The notes below the pieces were generated by a model. The model had not been told where the DNA came from and ran no database searches. It worked only from the letters and a program-made list of their open reading frames with translations. A DNA stretch of 64,000 nucleotides from Eledone cirrhosa. Its lineage: Eukaryota. The stretch covers positions 117,862,001 through 117,926,000 of the forward strand of contig OZ024740.1 of assembly GCA_964016885.1 (NCBI GenBank), written 5' to 3'. Positions 13,931-26,961 of the stretch are shown here, in pieces; the stretch's first letter is position 1, and each line of letters starts with the position of its first letter. A program made the translations under genes and the position numbers.

Positions 13931-14405
13931 CTAGCAGAAAAAACACCCTTTGAGTGGTTTTCTGCTAGCATGTGTAGTGTGTATATTGATATTATACGCA
14001 AGTATATATATATACATGTAGATATGATACATCAAATAAAATCGTAATTGACAATATATAATACATAGAAATTGAACGAAAACTACGTTACACTGTCTTT
14101 TGTAATCATTAACCTAATCCATGATACATTAAAAAAAGACGATATTATATATAAACTGCATTAGGAGAAAATTAGTATGTTTATTTAAGCGATCGCTATC
14201 AGGAAGTGTTGATATTTCAGAAATGTTAATGAAGTGAATATTTAAATAAACAAAATATATTTAATCAACAGCCACGAAATTTAGTAGATAAATTATGTAA
14301 TAATCATTCATTATTTATTCAAAGTAACCCAACTTATTTTACTAATGGGATAAAAAATTATAAACCGTACGCAGTCCCGCGCTCCTCCCTTTATTATAGT
14401 TTAGA
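13931..14405 (-). mobile_element. Non-autonomous Helitron-like element
   Basis: On the minus strand it starts A|TCTAAACTATAATAAA (14405) and ends CTAG|T (13931), with a subterminal inverted repeat ctagcagaaaa/ttttctgctag. Insertion is between A and T. Confidence 0.55.
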
Positions 14406-14407
14406 TA

Positions 14408-14658
14408 TATCAAAAGTATTAATAATGGAAACTATCTTTATAAAACCATATTTATTTTATTATATATATTTCAAGGGTACCAACATATTTGGTACGCTCT
14501 CATCGGATAAAATATAAAAGTTGTTTTGCAGATAGTGACATATTCAAAACAAGAACTTATCATTTTAAGTTCTGTTTGAAGAGAGCGTACCAACATATAT
14601 ATAATAAAATAAATATGGTTTTATAAAGATAGTTTGAATCTATTAATACTTTTGATAT
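14408..14658. repeat. Fold-back insert with ~60-bp inverted arms
   Basis: atatcaaaagtattaata...aaaccatatttattttattatatatat is mirrored at ~14596-14658; inner ttggtacgctct/agagcgtaccaa. Confidence 0.7.
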
Positions 14659-14791
14659 TATACTCCAGAAAAATATTGTAGAGTGCTTCTAATCTGTTAT
14701 AAACTAATTTTGTTGAATAACCAACAAATTACATAACTCATTGATTTTATATATATATATAAAATAAAATGTTCGCTCTACTGGCTGAATA

Positions 14792-15327
14792 CAATAAATG
14801 TAATCTGAGATTTTCGAATATTAATAATAACATTCGATTCGTTTGGAACTTTGCAAACAAGCCTCAATTTTATAGCCATGTCAGTAGAATGAACCCTTCA
14901 TTCTTACGAAACTTTCTGTTTTATTTGAATTTGGCAAAGCCGGCCAGTTATCGCTCGTATACCGGAAACTGGCTTGCCAGTCTGCTGATATGCAAATCTG
15001 GCTGAACAGTGGATCTGCTAATATGCAGATCTGACTGATCAGCCAGTCTGCTAATATGCAAAACAGGCCGATCAGTCACTGTGTATTTTCGAAACTAGCA
15101 TATATTTTCACTAGCTCTGACAGTTTGGCAGATGAAGAGTGAGCTGTACTGATGAAGGGTGATACCCAGAAACATTAGTGTCTGCAGTTCTGTTTACATG
15201 CCAACACAAGAGCAAGAATGAAGGGTTCATTCTACTGACATGGCTATAAAATTGAGGCTTGTTTGCACAATTACAAACGAATCGAATGTTATTATTAATA
15301 TTCGAAAATCTCAGATTACATTTATTA
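14792..15327. mobile_element. HHR-containing non-autonomous insert with inverted duplication of its 3' part
   Basis: 14792-14905 is the reverse complement of 15213-15327; flanked by TA tracts; contains the HHR at 15141-15190. Confidence 0.75.
15141..15190 (+). ncRNA. Type I hammerhead ribozyme
   Basis: gagctgta-CTGATGA-agggt gat accc a-GAAA-cattagtg-TC-tgcagttc. Stems I, II and III pair; GUC cleavage triplet. Confidence 0.85.
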
Positions 15328-15343
15328 TATATACATATACATA

Positions 15344-15376
<33 letters not shown>

Positions 15377-15399
15377 GTATACACCCCCACCACACACAC

Positions 15400-15460
<61 letters not shown>

Positions 15461-15463
<3 letters not shown>

Positions 15464-16015
15464 TAAAACATGTCTATAGAATCACAAGATAAAATATATA
15501 CCATTTCCTCTCCAAATTAGTATAATTAACTATATAAAAAATCGAATAGACCAGGCTATAAGAATGAGGTTTCTATGAAGAAATCTCCAACAAATAACCG
15601 AAACTAGCCCTTCGCGTCGGCCGCAACGGAATATTTATCGAATATTTCGACAGCGTAATTGCCCAGATACAGTCAATTAAACAGAATTAGGTGTAAAATA
15701 AACTAGGAGAAAATAGAATACATTTAAATACCTCTACCATGGTTTCGTCCGCATTTTGAGATTTCCAATAATTATGTAATAATTATGTAACTCGATCATC
15801 GGATTCATCAGGAGATTTGCTCTGATCTAGACACTAAATTTTCCAAAGTGATCGCGCCAAGAATTCATTCAAAATGGCTAAGAATTGTGACGTAGTAGCG
15901 GTCAGGTTGGAAGGGTGTGGTAGTTGCTTACGGCTGGTGGTTTTTTTGCTAGAAAGCACAGCACAATACAGCCAAATTTGTATCTCAACCTAATGGGAGA
16001 TTATTACATATAAAA

Positions 16016-16080
<65 letters not shown>

Positions 16081-16440
16081 CATATACGTGTTTTGCAACG
16101 GGTCACTTTGTGGCTCAATGAAAATTTAATAAATTATATAATCAGAGCTATATATCATAAAAGATGTCTATAGAATCACAAGATAAAATAAATACCATTT
16201 CCTCTCCCAATTAGCATAATTAACTATATAAAAAAATCGAATAGACCAGGCTATAATAATGAGGCTTCTATGAAGAATTCTCCAACAAATAACCGAAACT
16301 AGCCCTTCGCGTCGGCCGCAACGGAATATTTATGGAATATTTCGACAGCGTAATTGCCCAGATACAGTCAATTAAACAGAATTAGGTGTAAAATAAACTA
16401 GGAGAAAATAGAATACATTTAAAAACCTCTACCATGGTTT

Positions 16441-16442
<2 letters not shown>
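15461..16442 (-). mobile_element. Partial tandem of an HHR-bearing non-coding element
   Basis: 15461-15746 is repeated at ~16156-16441; flanked and interrupted by (TA)n. Confidence 0.7.
15726..15818 (-). ncRNA. Type I hammerhead ribozyme with extended stem II
   Basis: Reverse complement: aaatctc-CTGATGA-atccg...cggac-GAAA-ccatgg-TA-gaggtattt; palindromic stem III. Confidence 0.75.
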
Positions 16443-16502
<60 letters not shown>

Positions 16503-17599
16503 AACAAGTATGACCCCGACGGCAGAGCTCAAGCCGTTTCGATGGCTAATTCTAGACTAAGTAAAACTTTTTAGCCTGGTAAATAAATAGCCAAACTTAT
16601 CAAGGGGTACTTCCTTATATGGTAAGACAGTAATTGTCAAGAGGATTGGTTAAAATTTGTTATAAAGACAAATAAATCTATCATTGCATTTGGTGGGAGG
16701 TAGGGGTGGCGAACTTGCCGGTAGAACAAAGAGGGGGTGAAGAAATCCAGTCAGGTGTTGAAAGTGAAATCTATAAAGCAGATTCTATGGATAGTGTATA
16801 AAAAGTCGAAAAATTGTACTGGAGAAAAGGAGGGAGGGAGTTGAAAGAATAGGTAAGTCGAAAGGGAGTAAAATAAAAATAAAATAAAAATAATAATAAA
16901 TATATAAAAAAGTTTTGATAATGAGAAATGAATAAAAAAAACAAAAACAGTAGAGTCTAGAAACACCTGCTATAATTAGTAGGTGGTATTGCTAAGCTAT
17001 AGAAAAGTTTAATAGGTAGAGAATGGGAAAATACTAAATAGGAGATTGTAGTTGGTAGTGAAAAAATTTAAATCAGGCTTTACAGGGATCTAATACAGCT
17101 GCTATAAATAGTTAGTAAAGCGTATTCAGCCAATGCTATCTTACAAATACAGGTTAATAAGTTGAGAAAAAAACTAAAACTAAATAAGAAATTTAGAAAT
17201 TGTAGAATTGGAGTACCAACAAAAAAGAAGAAATTACAGGGGTCTAACACATCTGCTAAAAATAAGGCGTAATCGGCCAATTCTATCTTAAAATTACGGG
17301 GGTGGGAGTACTGAGGCTACAGAGGACCGATGGGCTGCATCAGGGTAGACGAAAGGTGAAAAACAGACAAGGAAGAAGATCTGGGGTGGAAGGAAGTCAT
17401 AGGATGAGATGGGGGGGGGGGGAGAAGGAAACGTAGAGGAAAAGAAAAAAGGTACGTCTACCTATGTAAGCAGGGGTTTCCCCTTCCAAAATCGGCAAGT
17501 GGCGGGTATCAGCCCTTGTCTACCCACCCGGGTCGTTATGGGGTTTGAGGGCGAGGTAAGTCCTACGCAATCAGTGTTTGCATGCGGGTACCAGTTCGT

Positions 17600-17637
<38 letters not shown>

Positions 17638-17902
17638 GTAATGTGTGTATGTATCGGTTACAAACAAGGTATTAGGGTTGAATTTATCGACTAAAATCTT
17701 TGATGTGGTGCATTTGCATGATTGCAGATTAATAATGGAAACGCATAAAATAATAAATGTATGAACAGAAGACAAGATAATATATTTTGTTCAGCTAGGT
17801 CCTCAATATTTTTTATCTTATGGTTTTTCTTTAATGTTTTACGTATCCATCGTTCATATATCCGTTCGATATACAGAAATGAGTACACACAAACACACAC
17901 AC

Positions 17903-17949
<47 letters not shown>

Positions 17950-18135
17950 TAATTTAATATATCAACTAACATAAGCGCACAGATGCACGCCTATGCCAGC
18001 AAATACACATGTTATGTCATAGTACCTAGGTGGTTCAATGCAGGAGGATGCAGAACAATAATATAAAAGACGTAAAATAAGAAAATCTTTAAAAAAAATT
18101 TTTTTTTTAATTTTTTACTTACTTACTTAAATTTT

Positions 18136-18217
18136 CACTCCAACTAATTAGTTTCTGCAATGGGATAAAGACAGTTACGTAATCTAACTGTCGAGAATTC
18201 ATTGCGTCATCAGGGAG
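18136..18217 (-). ncRNA. Hammerhead ribozyme (array A, left arm)
   Basis: Reverse complement of the motif at 19154-19235. Confidence 0.75.
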
Positions 18218-19153
18218 TCTATTCTCAGCTAAGTCTCCAGGCAATGCGCGGACACTGGCGGCTCATATAAAAATAATAATAATTCGGTAGATGGAACAGC
18301 TAGCGAGGACTGATTTCCATGCACTGAAATCCTCACTGCCTCTAGTCAAATGGCCGATTCTAAAGAATCAATCACGTGACACAGAGGCTAGTCAGAAGGA
18401 ATGGGATGGTAAGATGACAGACGCCTACTAACACCCCCCAAAAAAATTTTTTTAGAAGTGGTTTTGGCAGGTTTGCTCGACAAATTAGTGATTTGGAGAT
18501 AAATATAGATAATTTAATATATCAACTAACATAAGCGCACAGATGCACGCCTATGCCAGCAAATACACAGGTTATGTCATAGTACCTAGGTGGTTCAATG
18601 CAGGAGGATGCAGAACAATAATATAAAAGACGTAAAATAAGAAAATCTTTTTAAAAAAATGTTTCACTCTGGAGTGAAAATTTAAGTAAGTAAGTAAAAA
18701 TTAAAAAAAAAATTTTTTTTAAAAGATTTTCTTATTTTACGTCTTTTATATTATTGTTCTGCATCCTCCTGCATTGAACCACCTAGGTACTATGACATAA
18801 TCTGTGTATTTGCTGGCATAGGCGTGCATCTGTGCGCTTATGTTAGTTGATATATTAAATTATCTATATTTATCTCCAAATCACTGATTTGTCGAGCAAA
18901 CCTGCCAAAACCACTTCTAAAAAAATTTTTTTTTGGGGTGTTAGTAGGCGTCTGTCATCTTACCATCCCATTCCTTCTGACTAGCATCTGTGTCACGTGA
19001 TTGATTCTTTAGAATCGGCCATTTGACTAGAGGCAGTGAGGATTTCAGTGCATGGAAATCAGTCCTCGCTAGCTGTTCCATCTACCGAATTATTATTATT
19101 TTTATATGAGCCGCCAGTGTCCGCGAATTGCCTGGAGACTTAGCTGAGAATAG

Positions 19154-19235
19154 ACTCCCTGATGACGCAATGAATTCTCGACAGTTAGATTACGTAACTG
19201 TCTTTATCCCATTGCAGAAACTAATTAGTTGGAGT
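19154..19235 (+). ncRNA. Hammerhead ribozyme (array A); second copy at 19710-19791
   Basis: actcc-CTGATGA-cgcaatg...[inner hairpin gacagtta..taactgtc]...cattgca-GAAA-ctaattag-TT-ggagt. Confidence 0.78.
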
Positions 19236-19853
19236 GAAAATTTAAGTAAGTAAAAATTTTTAAAAAAAGTTTTTTTAAAAGATTTTCTTATTTTACGTCT
19301 TTTATATTATTGTTCTGCATCCTCCTGCATTGAACCACCTAGGTACTATGACATAATCTGTGTATTTGCTGGCATAGGCGTGCATCTGTGCGCTTATGTT
19401 AGTTGATATATTAAATTATCTATATTTATCTCCAAATCACTGATTTGTCGAGCAAATCTGCCAAAACCACTTCTAAAAAAATTTTTTTGGGGGGTGTTAG
19501 TAGGCGTCTGTCATCTTACCATCCCATTCCTTCTGACTAGCCTCTGTGTCACGTGATTGATTCTTTAGAATCGGCCATTTGACTAGAGGCAGTGAGGATT
19601 TCAGTGCATGGAATTCAGTCCTCGCTAGCTGTTCCATCTACCGAATTATTATTATTTTTATATGAGCCGCCAGTGTCCGCGAATTGCCTGGAGACTTAGC
19701 TGAGAATAGACTCCCTGATGACGCAATGAATTCTCGATAGTTAGATTACATAACTGTCTTTATCTCATTGCAGAAACTAATTAGTTGGAGTGAAAATTTA
19801 AGTAAGTAAATATAAAAAAAAAAAATTTTTTTAAAAGATTTTCTTATTTTCCG

Positions 19854-19889
<36 letters not shown>

Positions 19890-19892
<3 letters not shown>

Positions 19893-21145
19893 TTAAAATA
19901 ACAGATTAAAGTTTAAGCAAAGAATCGCTGCTTTCACCCTTAACGGGATATTCTGAAACTAACAAAGTCAATCTGTAAACGCAGGAGGAAGACAGGAAGA
20001 CGATACTTTGGTTCGTGGAAACGTTCGCTGGCAAAGAACGGGAAAAAACGAATATAATACGTCATTAATAGGAGCGGTGAAAAACAATTACACGCAAAGA
20101 CAGAACCACGTATATGGTATAAGAGAGGTCGTAGACTAATGTTCTCTCAGGTGGTTCATAGAGACGTTCTCTAGCAATGAACGAAAAAAACGAGGATAAT
20201 ACGTCATATGTGGAGCGTGGAGAACAATTGCACGCAAAGACAAAACCAGGTAAATGGTATAGCAGAAGTCGTAGACTAATATTCTAACTAGGAGACCGAA
20301 TGAATCTCCGCTACAGAGTTAAGAACAAAGTGAATAAATACAATACAGAAGTAATAGAAATAAATAAATACATACACGCAAACAAATACGTACATACACG
20401 AGCATACGCAAAAACTTACCATAGGTATACAAAACCCCGCACATATAAATATGTGTGTGTGTGTGTATACAAATAAATAAATAATTATATAAACATATAT
20501 AAATAAATAAATACGTATATAACAAGCGCACACACATACCTTCATATAAACACACGAATGTTCGGAGACGTAAGTCAATCAAAACATGAAGTACACATAT
20601 ACACACACCCACATACGTACGAACTAGCAAACTCACACAGATGCAAAACTCCCGTATACACATAGCCAAACCATATGTACCAGAATATATAAAATTATAA
20701 CCCATAACATAAACAATCAAATATACGTACGAGAGGGTATACGTACCTTCACTAAACATACGGGTAATATATACTTACCTATGCAAATAAGTAATGGTAT
20801 AAACAAAACATATACTTAGCTCCCACATCAAGACGTAAAATATCCACGTATAGATCGTACTATTCGTTAGGGTATAACGTGGGGCTGTAATACAGGAAAG
20901 TTTTGTGCAATTTATGTTTACAAGCCGAAATTGCCTCAGATTTTTTGTTTAAGATGTGGTCTGTGGCGTAGAGTATTTCCAGGGCCTCAGCGGCGCAGAC
21001 GTCACATGGTCTTTTATTTCCGTTATACGATCTAGCCCTAGCTAGGATCTCCCAGTGTAACTTATATTGGGTGTGGTTGTCTTTTAGACTCCAGATATAA
21101 GCTGAAAGTGATGTCATATTCCTTCTTAGGAGTCTAAAAGACAAC

Positions 21146-21146
<1 letters not shown>
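19890..21146 (-). mobile_element. 5'-truncated PLE fragment: GIY-YIG C-terminus plus long 3' region
   Basis: Minus ORF ...TSLSAYIWSLKD...HWEILARARSY...CDVCAAEALEI...LNKKSEAISACKHK is typical of PLE endonuclease C-termini. A 22-bp terminal inversion (21129-21150 vs 21071-21092) and a ~140-bp direct repeat at ~20020-20285 are present. Confidence 0.72.
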
Positions 21147-21216
<70 letters not shown>

Positions 21217-21217
21217 G

Positions 21218-22015
21218 CCAAGTATCGACCTCCGTGGTTTACCATTCGATTAATTGGTGAAATATATTTCTTTAATGAAATATATACAGGGAAGATTAAT
21301 CATATTATAAGGTATCTATTTTTGAAGTTCTAGTTAACTTTATTTAGTTACCTACCTAGCTATGTGTGCTTACACATTTGTAAAAATTATCCCCTGTGAT
21401 TGTTTCATATGTTTATTTATATGTTAATCAATTTCTAGTTGTTATAAAATGCTCGGACCTATTCATTAGAATCTTGGAGCTTATTTTACGGGTGATATGG
21501 CGCATGCCTTTCTGGCATGACACCCATCATTTTTATTTAGATTAAATTCATTTTGATTTATCTTAATTTTGGATATAGATATATAAATACGGCTCCTTAA
21601 TTGTAGAGCTAACTCTGTTGAAAGGACTTGACTGCTGTTTCTAGTTGTCGATAACCATATTCACGCCACTGGGACGAAGCTGGTATGATGTGTGTATTTC
21701 TAGTAGATACAGCACATGTTACTGGCCAGTCGCTGATTTTAACTTAATGCGTAAACACAGATCGCTGGACTTCTTCCTTGTTAAAAATCCAAGTATCGGC
21801 CTCCGTGGTTTACCGTTCGATTAATTGGTGAAATATATTTCTTTAATGGAATATATACAGGGAGGATTAATCATATTATAAGGTATCTATTTTTGAAGTT
21901 CTAGTTAACTATATTTAGTTACCTACCTAGCTATGTGTGGTTACACACTTGTAAAAATTATCCCCTGTGATTGTTTCATATATTTATTTATATGTTAATC
22001 AATTTCTAGTTGTTA
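21218..22015 (+). repeat. 571-bp unit partial tandem (1.4 copies) with degenerate HHR-like motif, between TA tracts
   Basis: ccaagtatcg.cctccgtggttt at 21218 and 21789. Motif cttccttg-TTAAAAA-...-GAAA-tatatttc..ggaatata-TA-caggg at ~21773-21865. Confidence 0.75.
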
Positions 22016-22027
22016 TATATATATATA

Positions 22028-22140
22028 TGAGTTCAAATCCCGCCGAGGTTGACTTTGCCTTTCATCCTTACGGGGTCGATAAAATAAAGTACCAGTAATG
22101 AACTGGTGATTGCTGGCCTTGTGCCTAAAGTAGAAACAGT
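22028..22140 (+). mobile_element. Meta-like SINE fragment
   Basis: gagttcaaatcccgccgaggttgactttgcctttcatccttacggggtcgataaaataaagtaccag. Confidence 0.75.
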
Positions 22141-22216
22141 TATATATATATATATGCGTATATATAACAATTACTTATCGCTCTAGATGTCTCTGACAGT
22201 TGCCAGATAAGCATTA

Positions 22217-22266
22217 AACTGTACTAATGAAGGGTAATCCCCCAGAAACATTAGTGTCTGCAGTTC
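22217..22266 (+). ncRNA. Mutated hammerhead (core CTAATGA), same family as 15141-15190
   Basis: aactgta-CTAATGA-agggt..ccca-GAAA-cattagtg-TC-tgcagtt. Confidence 0.6.
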
Positions 22267-22328
22267 TGTTATCATGCGAAAACAAGAGTGAATATTATTA
22301 TTAATATTCAAAAAACTCAGATACCTTT

Positions 22329-22370
<42 letters not shown>

Positions 22371-22397
22371 ACACACATACACACACACATACACACA

Positions 22398-22493
<96 letters not shown>

Positions 22494-22727
22494 TATATAT
22501 AAACAAGATATGTAAGTCAACAGGTTTAAATAAACTTCGTTTATTCATATTCGGTGTAATATATATTTCGCAGATAACCATTATTCAACAGCTATGACCT
22601 CATCAGGCAGCTAGAACTTGAACAGAAAAAACAGAAAAACATAATGATGGAACAAAGTTTACCTCTGCTATTTTCGTCTTTGATATGCCTTGTCCCGAAG
22701 TATGGTGTGGTTTCACAAAGAACTGGT

Positions 22728-22768
<41 letters not shown>

Positions 22769-22914
22769 GGGCACAAAGCAGGCATTGTTTACAAACGTCA
22801 TCCTTTTTTCCATTCAGAGGATTTTGAAAAATCTCAACTAACATACTAATTCTATTTAGTCAAATAGGACATAAGCACATGTTACTACCTAATATATATA
22901 TATCTATATATATA

Positions 22915-22988
<74 letters not shown>

Positions 22989-23034
22989 TATATATAGAAT
23001 TCACAAGAATCAAAGCTATGTTCAAAGCATTTAT

Positions 23035-23095
23035 TCACTTACAATTGTTTCATCCAAACCAAAGCTTGGTGACTTCGGAGCATTTTTCAATGTTT
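23035..23095 (-). ncRNA. Hammerhead-like motif, U3-A8 core variant, weak stem I
   Basis: Reverse complement: TTGAAAA-atgctccgaa...tttggat-GAAA-caattg-TA. Confidence 0.45.
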
Positions 23096-23589
23096 GTACA
23101 CATAATTGACCTCCTTTCCAACGCAAGAGACATACAGATACATATATATATATTGATGTACAGTGGAGTGGCATATATTATACTATACTATTTTTGTACA
23201 GCAATTCAAATTCAAAATCAAAATCAAAATTAAAATAAAAATAAAAATTAAAATTAAAATACATTCGGCAGATAACACAGATAATGCAAGAGGATAGTTT
23301 GATAGTCAGGTCTAGTAGGTAGTGTTAGTTACACGCGGAGCATGCAAGTGTCTCATTTTTATACTATTATTGTGTGGCAGGGTGATACGCGTAATGCAAG
23401 CACTTTAAGCGGGTAAGGAAGATTATTATGGTGGTTGTAGTAGTAAGGTATTTTTTGTATAGAACAAAAAAAAAATGTGTGCATAAAAATAAAAAGAAAA
23501 AGAAGAAGCAAAAGAAAGTTATGGTTTTCGTATCCACCATAATTTTCACATACAGAAAAAGTAAGGAAAAGTTTCTACATCCATCACAT

Positions 23590-23872
23590 AAGTAACGATG
23601 ATTCCGTATTGAATGTTTGATGCATTAAAATAAATTATTTTAACGTATTGAGGCTCAGTGTTATTTAATCCAAGTTTATAGAATAGGTTGATTCTGCTGC
23701 GAGAATTTACAGCGGTTTATTACCCGGAAGTATGTGTGTAATTAAGGGGAGTTAATGCGTAAGGGGATGTAACTAGTCGAATCTCATAACTAGTTATGAG
23801 ATTCGACTAGTTACCTCCCCTTAATAATTTATTTTAATGCATCAAACATTCAATACGGAATCATCGTTACTT
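23590..23872. repeat. Fold-back structure with 50-bp outer arms and a 64-bp near-perfect palindrome
   Basis: 23590-23640 mirrors 23823-23872; taaggggatgtaactagtcgaatctcataac|tagttatgagattcgactagttacctcccctta at 23760-23823. Confidence 0.85.
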
Positions 23873-23957
23873 GAGGCTTGTTTGCATAATTGCAAACGAA
23901 TCGAATGTAATTATTAATATTCGTAAAACTCAGATTATATTTATTATCATTATATAA

Positions 23958-23990
<33 letters not shown>

Positions 23991-23992
<2 letters not shown>

Positions 23993-24190
23993 AAAAGAAT
24001 AAGGACCCCGACGGCTGAGCTCCGGCTGTTTCGACAGCTAGATCCGAACAGTTCGAATCTAGTTGCTGAAACAGCCGGAGCTCAGCCGCCGAGGTCCTGA
24101 CTCATTTCCTATTACCCACTCTACTACCATAAGTATCGAGTTCTCTGGTGCGTTATGGTCCACCTGCTTCCTAACCACACTTTCTGTCAT
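23991..24190 (+). mobile_element. Palindromic mini-element (family F) carrying an HHR 3' half, between (TA)n
   Basis: 23991-24110 is an imperfect palindrome; GAAA-cagccggagctcagccg..gaggtcct. The tail is shared with 37701-37890, 39326-39487 and 60213-60283. Confidence 0.75.
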
Positions 24191-24209
24191 ATATATATAT
24201 ATATATATC

Positions 24210-25545
24210 TTTCTCAGGACCTTTCTACACTGGTTAGCTAATTTCCCTCCAGGGGTAGCGTCCACAAACATGACACTCTGGTATATCTGCTTGTCGTACC
24301 TTGAGGTGGGTTTCCCTATCTTATGTCTAGACCTATCTAAGCTATTCCATGATTTGCTGCTGTATAATGGGCAAATTCCTTTCATGTCCAGTTCTATGAG
24401 GGTCTTATACTTCTCCGTGGCTCCTTCGTATACTCTGATTCTGTCTTTTTGGTTGTAGCCAGAGAACTGCATGCGGTTGATGAAGTGTTGGATGTGTCTT
24501 TCCATTTCTGTTGGGTCGCACATGCGGGACACGTTCTTCATCACTCGTACCAAACTGAGAAAGACCCACTTAAAGATTAAGGTGGTAGAAAAGCCAGGAA
24601 CCACCATCAAATCCCTGATCAGCAAAACCTACCCTTTTAAGAAAACCCACTGTACTAATAGGAAATGTATCATATATAAAGTAAACCCCCGGATAAACTG
24701 TAAAACTAGAAACGTAGTCTATAGCATAAGATGTACAGAGGGTACTTGCAGAAACATGACAACAACATACATAGGCGAGACAGCTCGTAGCATAGGTGAA
24801 AGGATAGACCAACACTGGGGGGAACTAAAAGGACGAACAAACGGTTCAGTACTATACGAACATGCCAGACAACAACACAACGGTAACATAGACAACATAG
24901 ATGTTAGAATAATATCTAAACATAGAAATGACCCAGCAGATAGGCAAATCAGAGAGGCCAGCGAAATAGAACTTAAAAGGCCAAGGCTAAAAAGAAAAAA
25001 TGAATGGAATAACAACAACACCCAAACAAACAACACTGACCTAAGAGAAGTATAAATAAATAAATAAATAAATAAATAAACAAGCACAATAACAACACAC
25101 ACATATAAACACACACTAGTAAACAAAGATAGAATACATTAAACAATACACAGTTACCCAAACAAGAACACACATCAAACAAAACACTATACACACGCAA
25201 ACGCATACGCAGAGAAGACAAAAAAACAACAAATAAATAAATAAATAAACAGACTAAATAAAGATGGGGTAGCATACAATGCAACGGGAGGAAACATAAT
25301 AGCACCACTGGCGATGTTACAGATATGCAACGAAAGAACTTTGATTGACTATATATATGTGTTTGTGTCTATATTGTATCTGTATTTTTGACCGTTGGTC
25401 AGTCAATGGTAACATTGAGGACCGAATAAATTAATTTAACCGATATAAAAGATACAGAAGCGAAAATCAACCAAACAGTGAGTGTGTTCTGTTATTAATT
25501 CTGGTAATATTATTACACAAATATGACCCTCCCCAACTATAACAA
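24210..25545 (+). mobile_element. 5'-truncated, 5'-inverted copy of the PLE at 34.6-37.5 kb
   Basis: 24210-24553 is the reverse complement of ~36112-36456; 24555-25545 matches 36448-37437. GIY-YIG motif VVYSIRC..YIGETAR. (TA)n on both sides. Confidence 0.92.
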
Positions 25546-26135
25546 TATATATATATATATAAAAGAATCACCCACACCCAGCGCATCAGCAAGGAATCTC
25601 ACTTATTAACAAATACGGACCCCGTCTAAACACTTCTCCCTAAGACGAACCCACAACATACACACGTCAACATACATACCTACATCAGCATACATCTCTA
25701 TCCACATATAAACACAATTACATACGTAAACACACATGTTCTATGGTGCAACACAAATATACACAAATTTGCATACCTTTTGATGTCTATAGATATAAAC
25801 TTGCCGATACACACACATACATATACGCACACATGCATTGCACACTGATGGGCACATACTTATTTGTACACAAGTATTCCAATACGGCAAGGCCTAATGG
25901 ATTCCCCTTGCAGTACGTACAATCTGGACACTCACACACACCTTGGTATTATGCCAATACTATATATCATTTCGCACCTTTTATTATTAAGGGTTTTGAT
26001 GTTCTATTGAGAGAATCGTTTTTGCTGAGAATATCGAATAATGTACACCATTTTTACCAGTATCACAAAAATACTGGTCCACCGACACACATTCACCCCC
26101 CCCCCCCCCCCACCCACACACACACACACACACAT

Positions 26136-26168
<33 letters not shown>

Positions 26169-26353
26169 TATATATACACACACACATACACACGCGTACA
26201 TTAACATACGAAGAGACATATACACACATACACACACACACACTTCTCCGTATAAGACAAGAGCTGAAAAATATCTTTTAACATGTTAAAATATCCCCCA
26301 CACACGTACAGACACATTCCTACTGACCATCCCTCTACCACGAATTACTCTGC

Positions 26354-26385
<32 letters not shown>

Positions 26386-26930
26386 CACTTGTCTTAATAG
26401 GCATTTGAACTGTCAACAGGCTGCGGTTCGCACACACATTCCTGCTGACCATTATCATAACAATAAACGAACCTCTTTACTACTACTACTACTACTACTA
26501 CTACTACACCCCCCCACACACACGCACACACACACATATTTGTCTTGAAAGACTTATTTTTCAGTGACTTCTCAATCAGCCGAGACAAACCTACATTTGG
26601 CGCAAAATCAATTTTTAACATTTACATGACCTCTACCGACCAATCAAAATTGTTTTGACCACAATAATTTTTTCATACATCTGGAGCCACTTTTTTTTCA
26701 TAAAACAGGTAGAATTTCCAAAACTAATCAGATTAGAGCAAACATCACGGGCGCTCTATCTCAAAATTATTTTTGAAAAGCATTAGAAATGCGCAACCGG
26801 TAAAACTTAAAACCAAAACTGAATACTAACCAGTACTATTACTAATTTTTACTTATTCCTAATTAAACTATTTTCCCTGGGAACAATTTATCATCATTTT
26901 CTTTTCCTTTTACCAATATATATATATATC

Positions 26931-26961
<31 letters not shown>

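Larger units (their letters stand above)
17946..19860. repeat. Retrozyme-like array A: ~556-561 bp unit, ~1.3 copies minus then ~2.1 copies plus, inversion at ~18670
   Basis: The unit recurs at 17948/18509 and, inverted, across 18671-19860. One HHR per full unit; both ends in (TA)n. Confidence 0.9.

Noticed and set aside
22550-22615. Minus-strand CTGATGA...GAAA-tatata motif
   Set aside because: Stem I does not pair convincingly; at best a decayed HHR.
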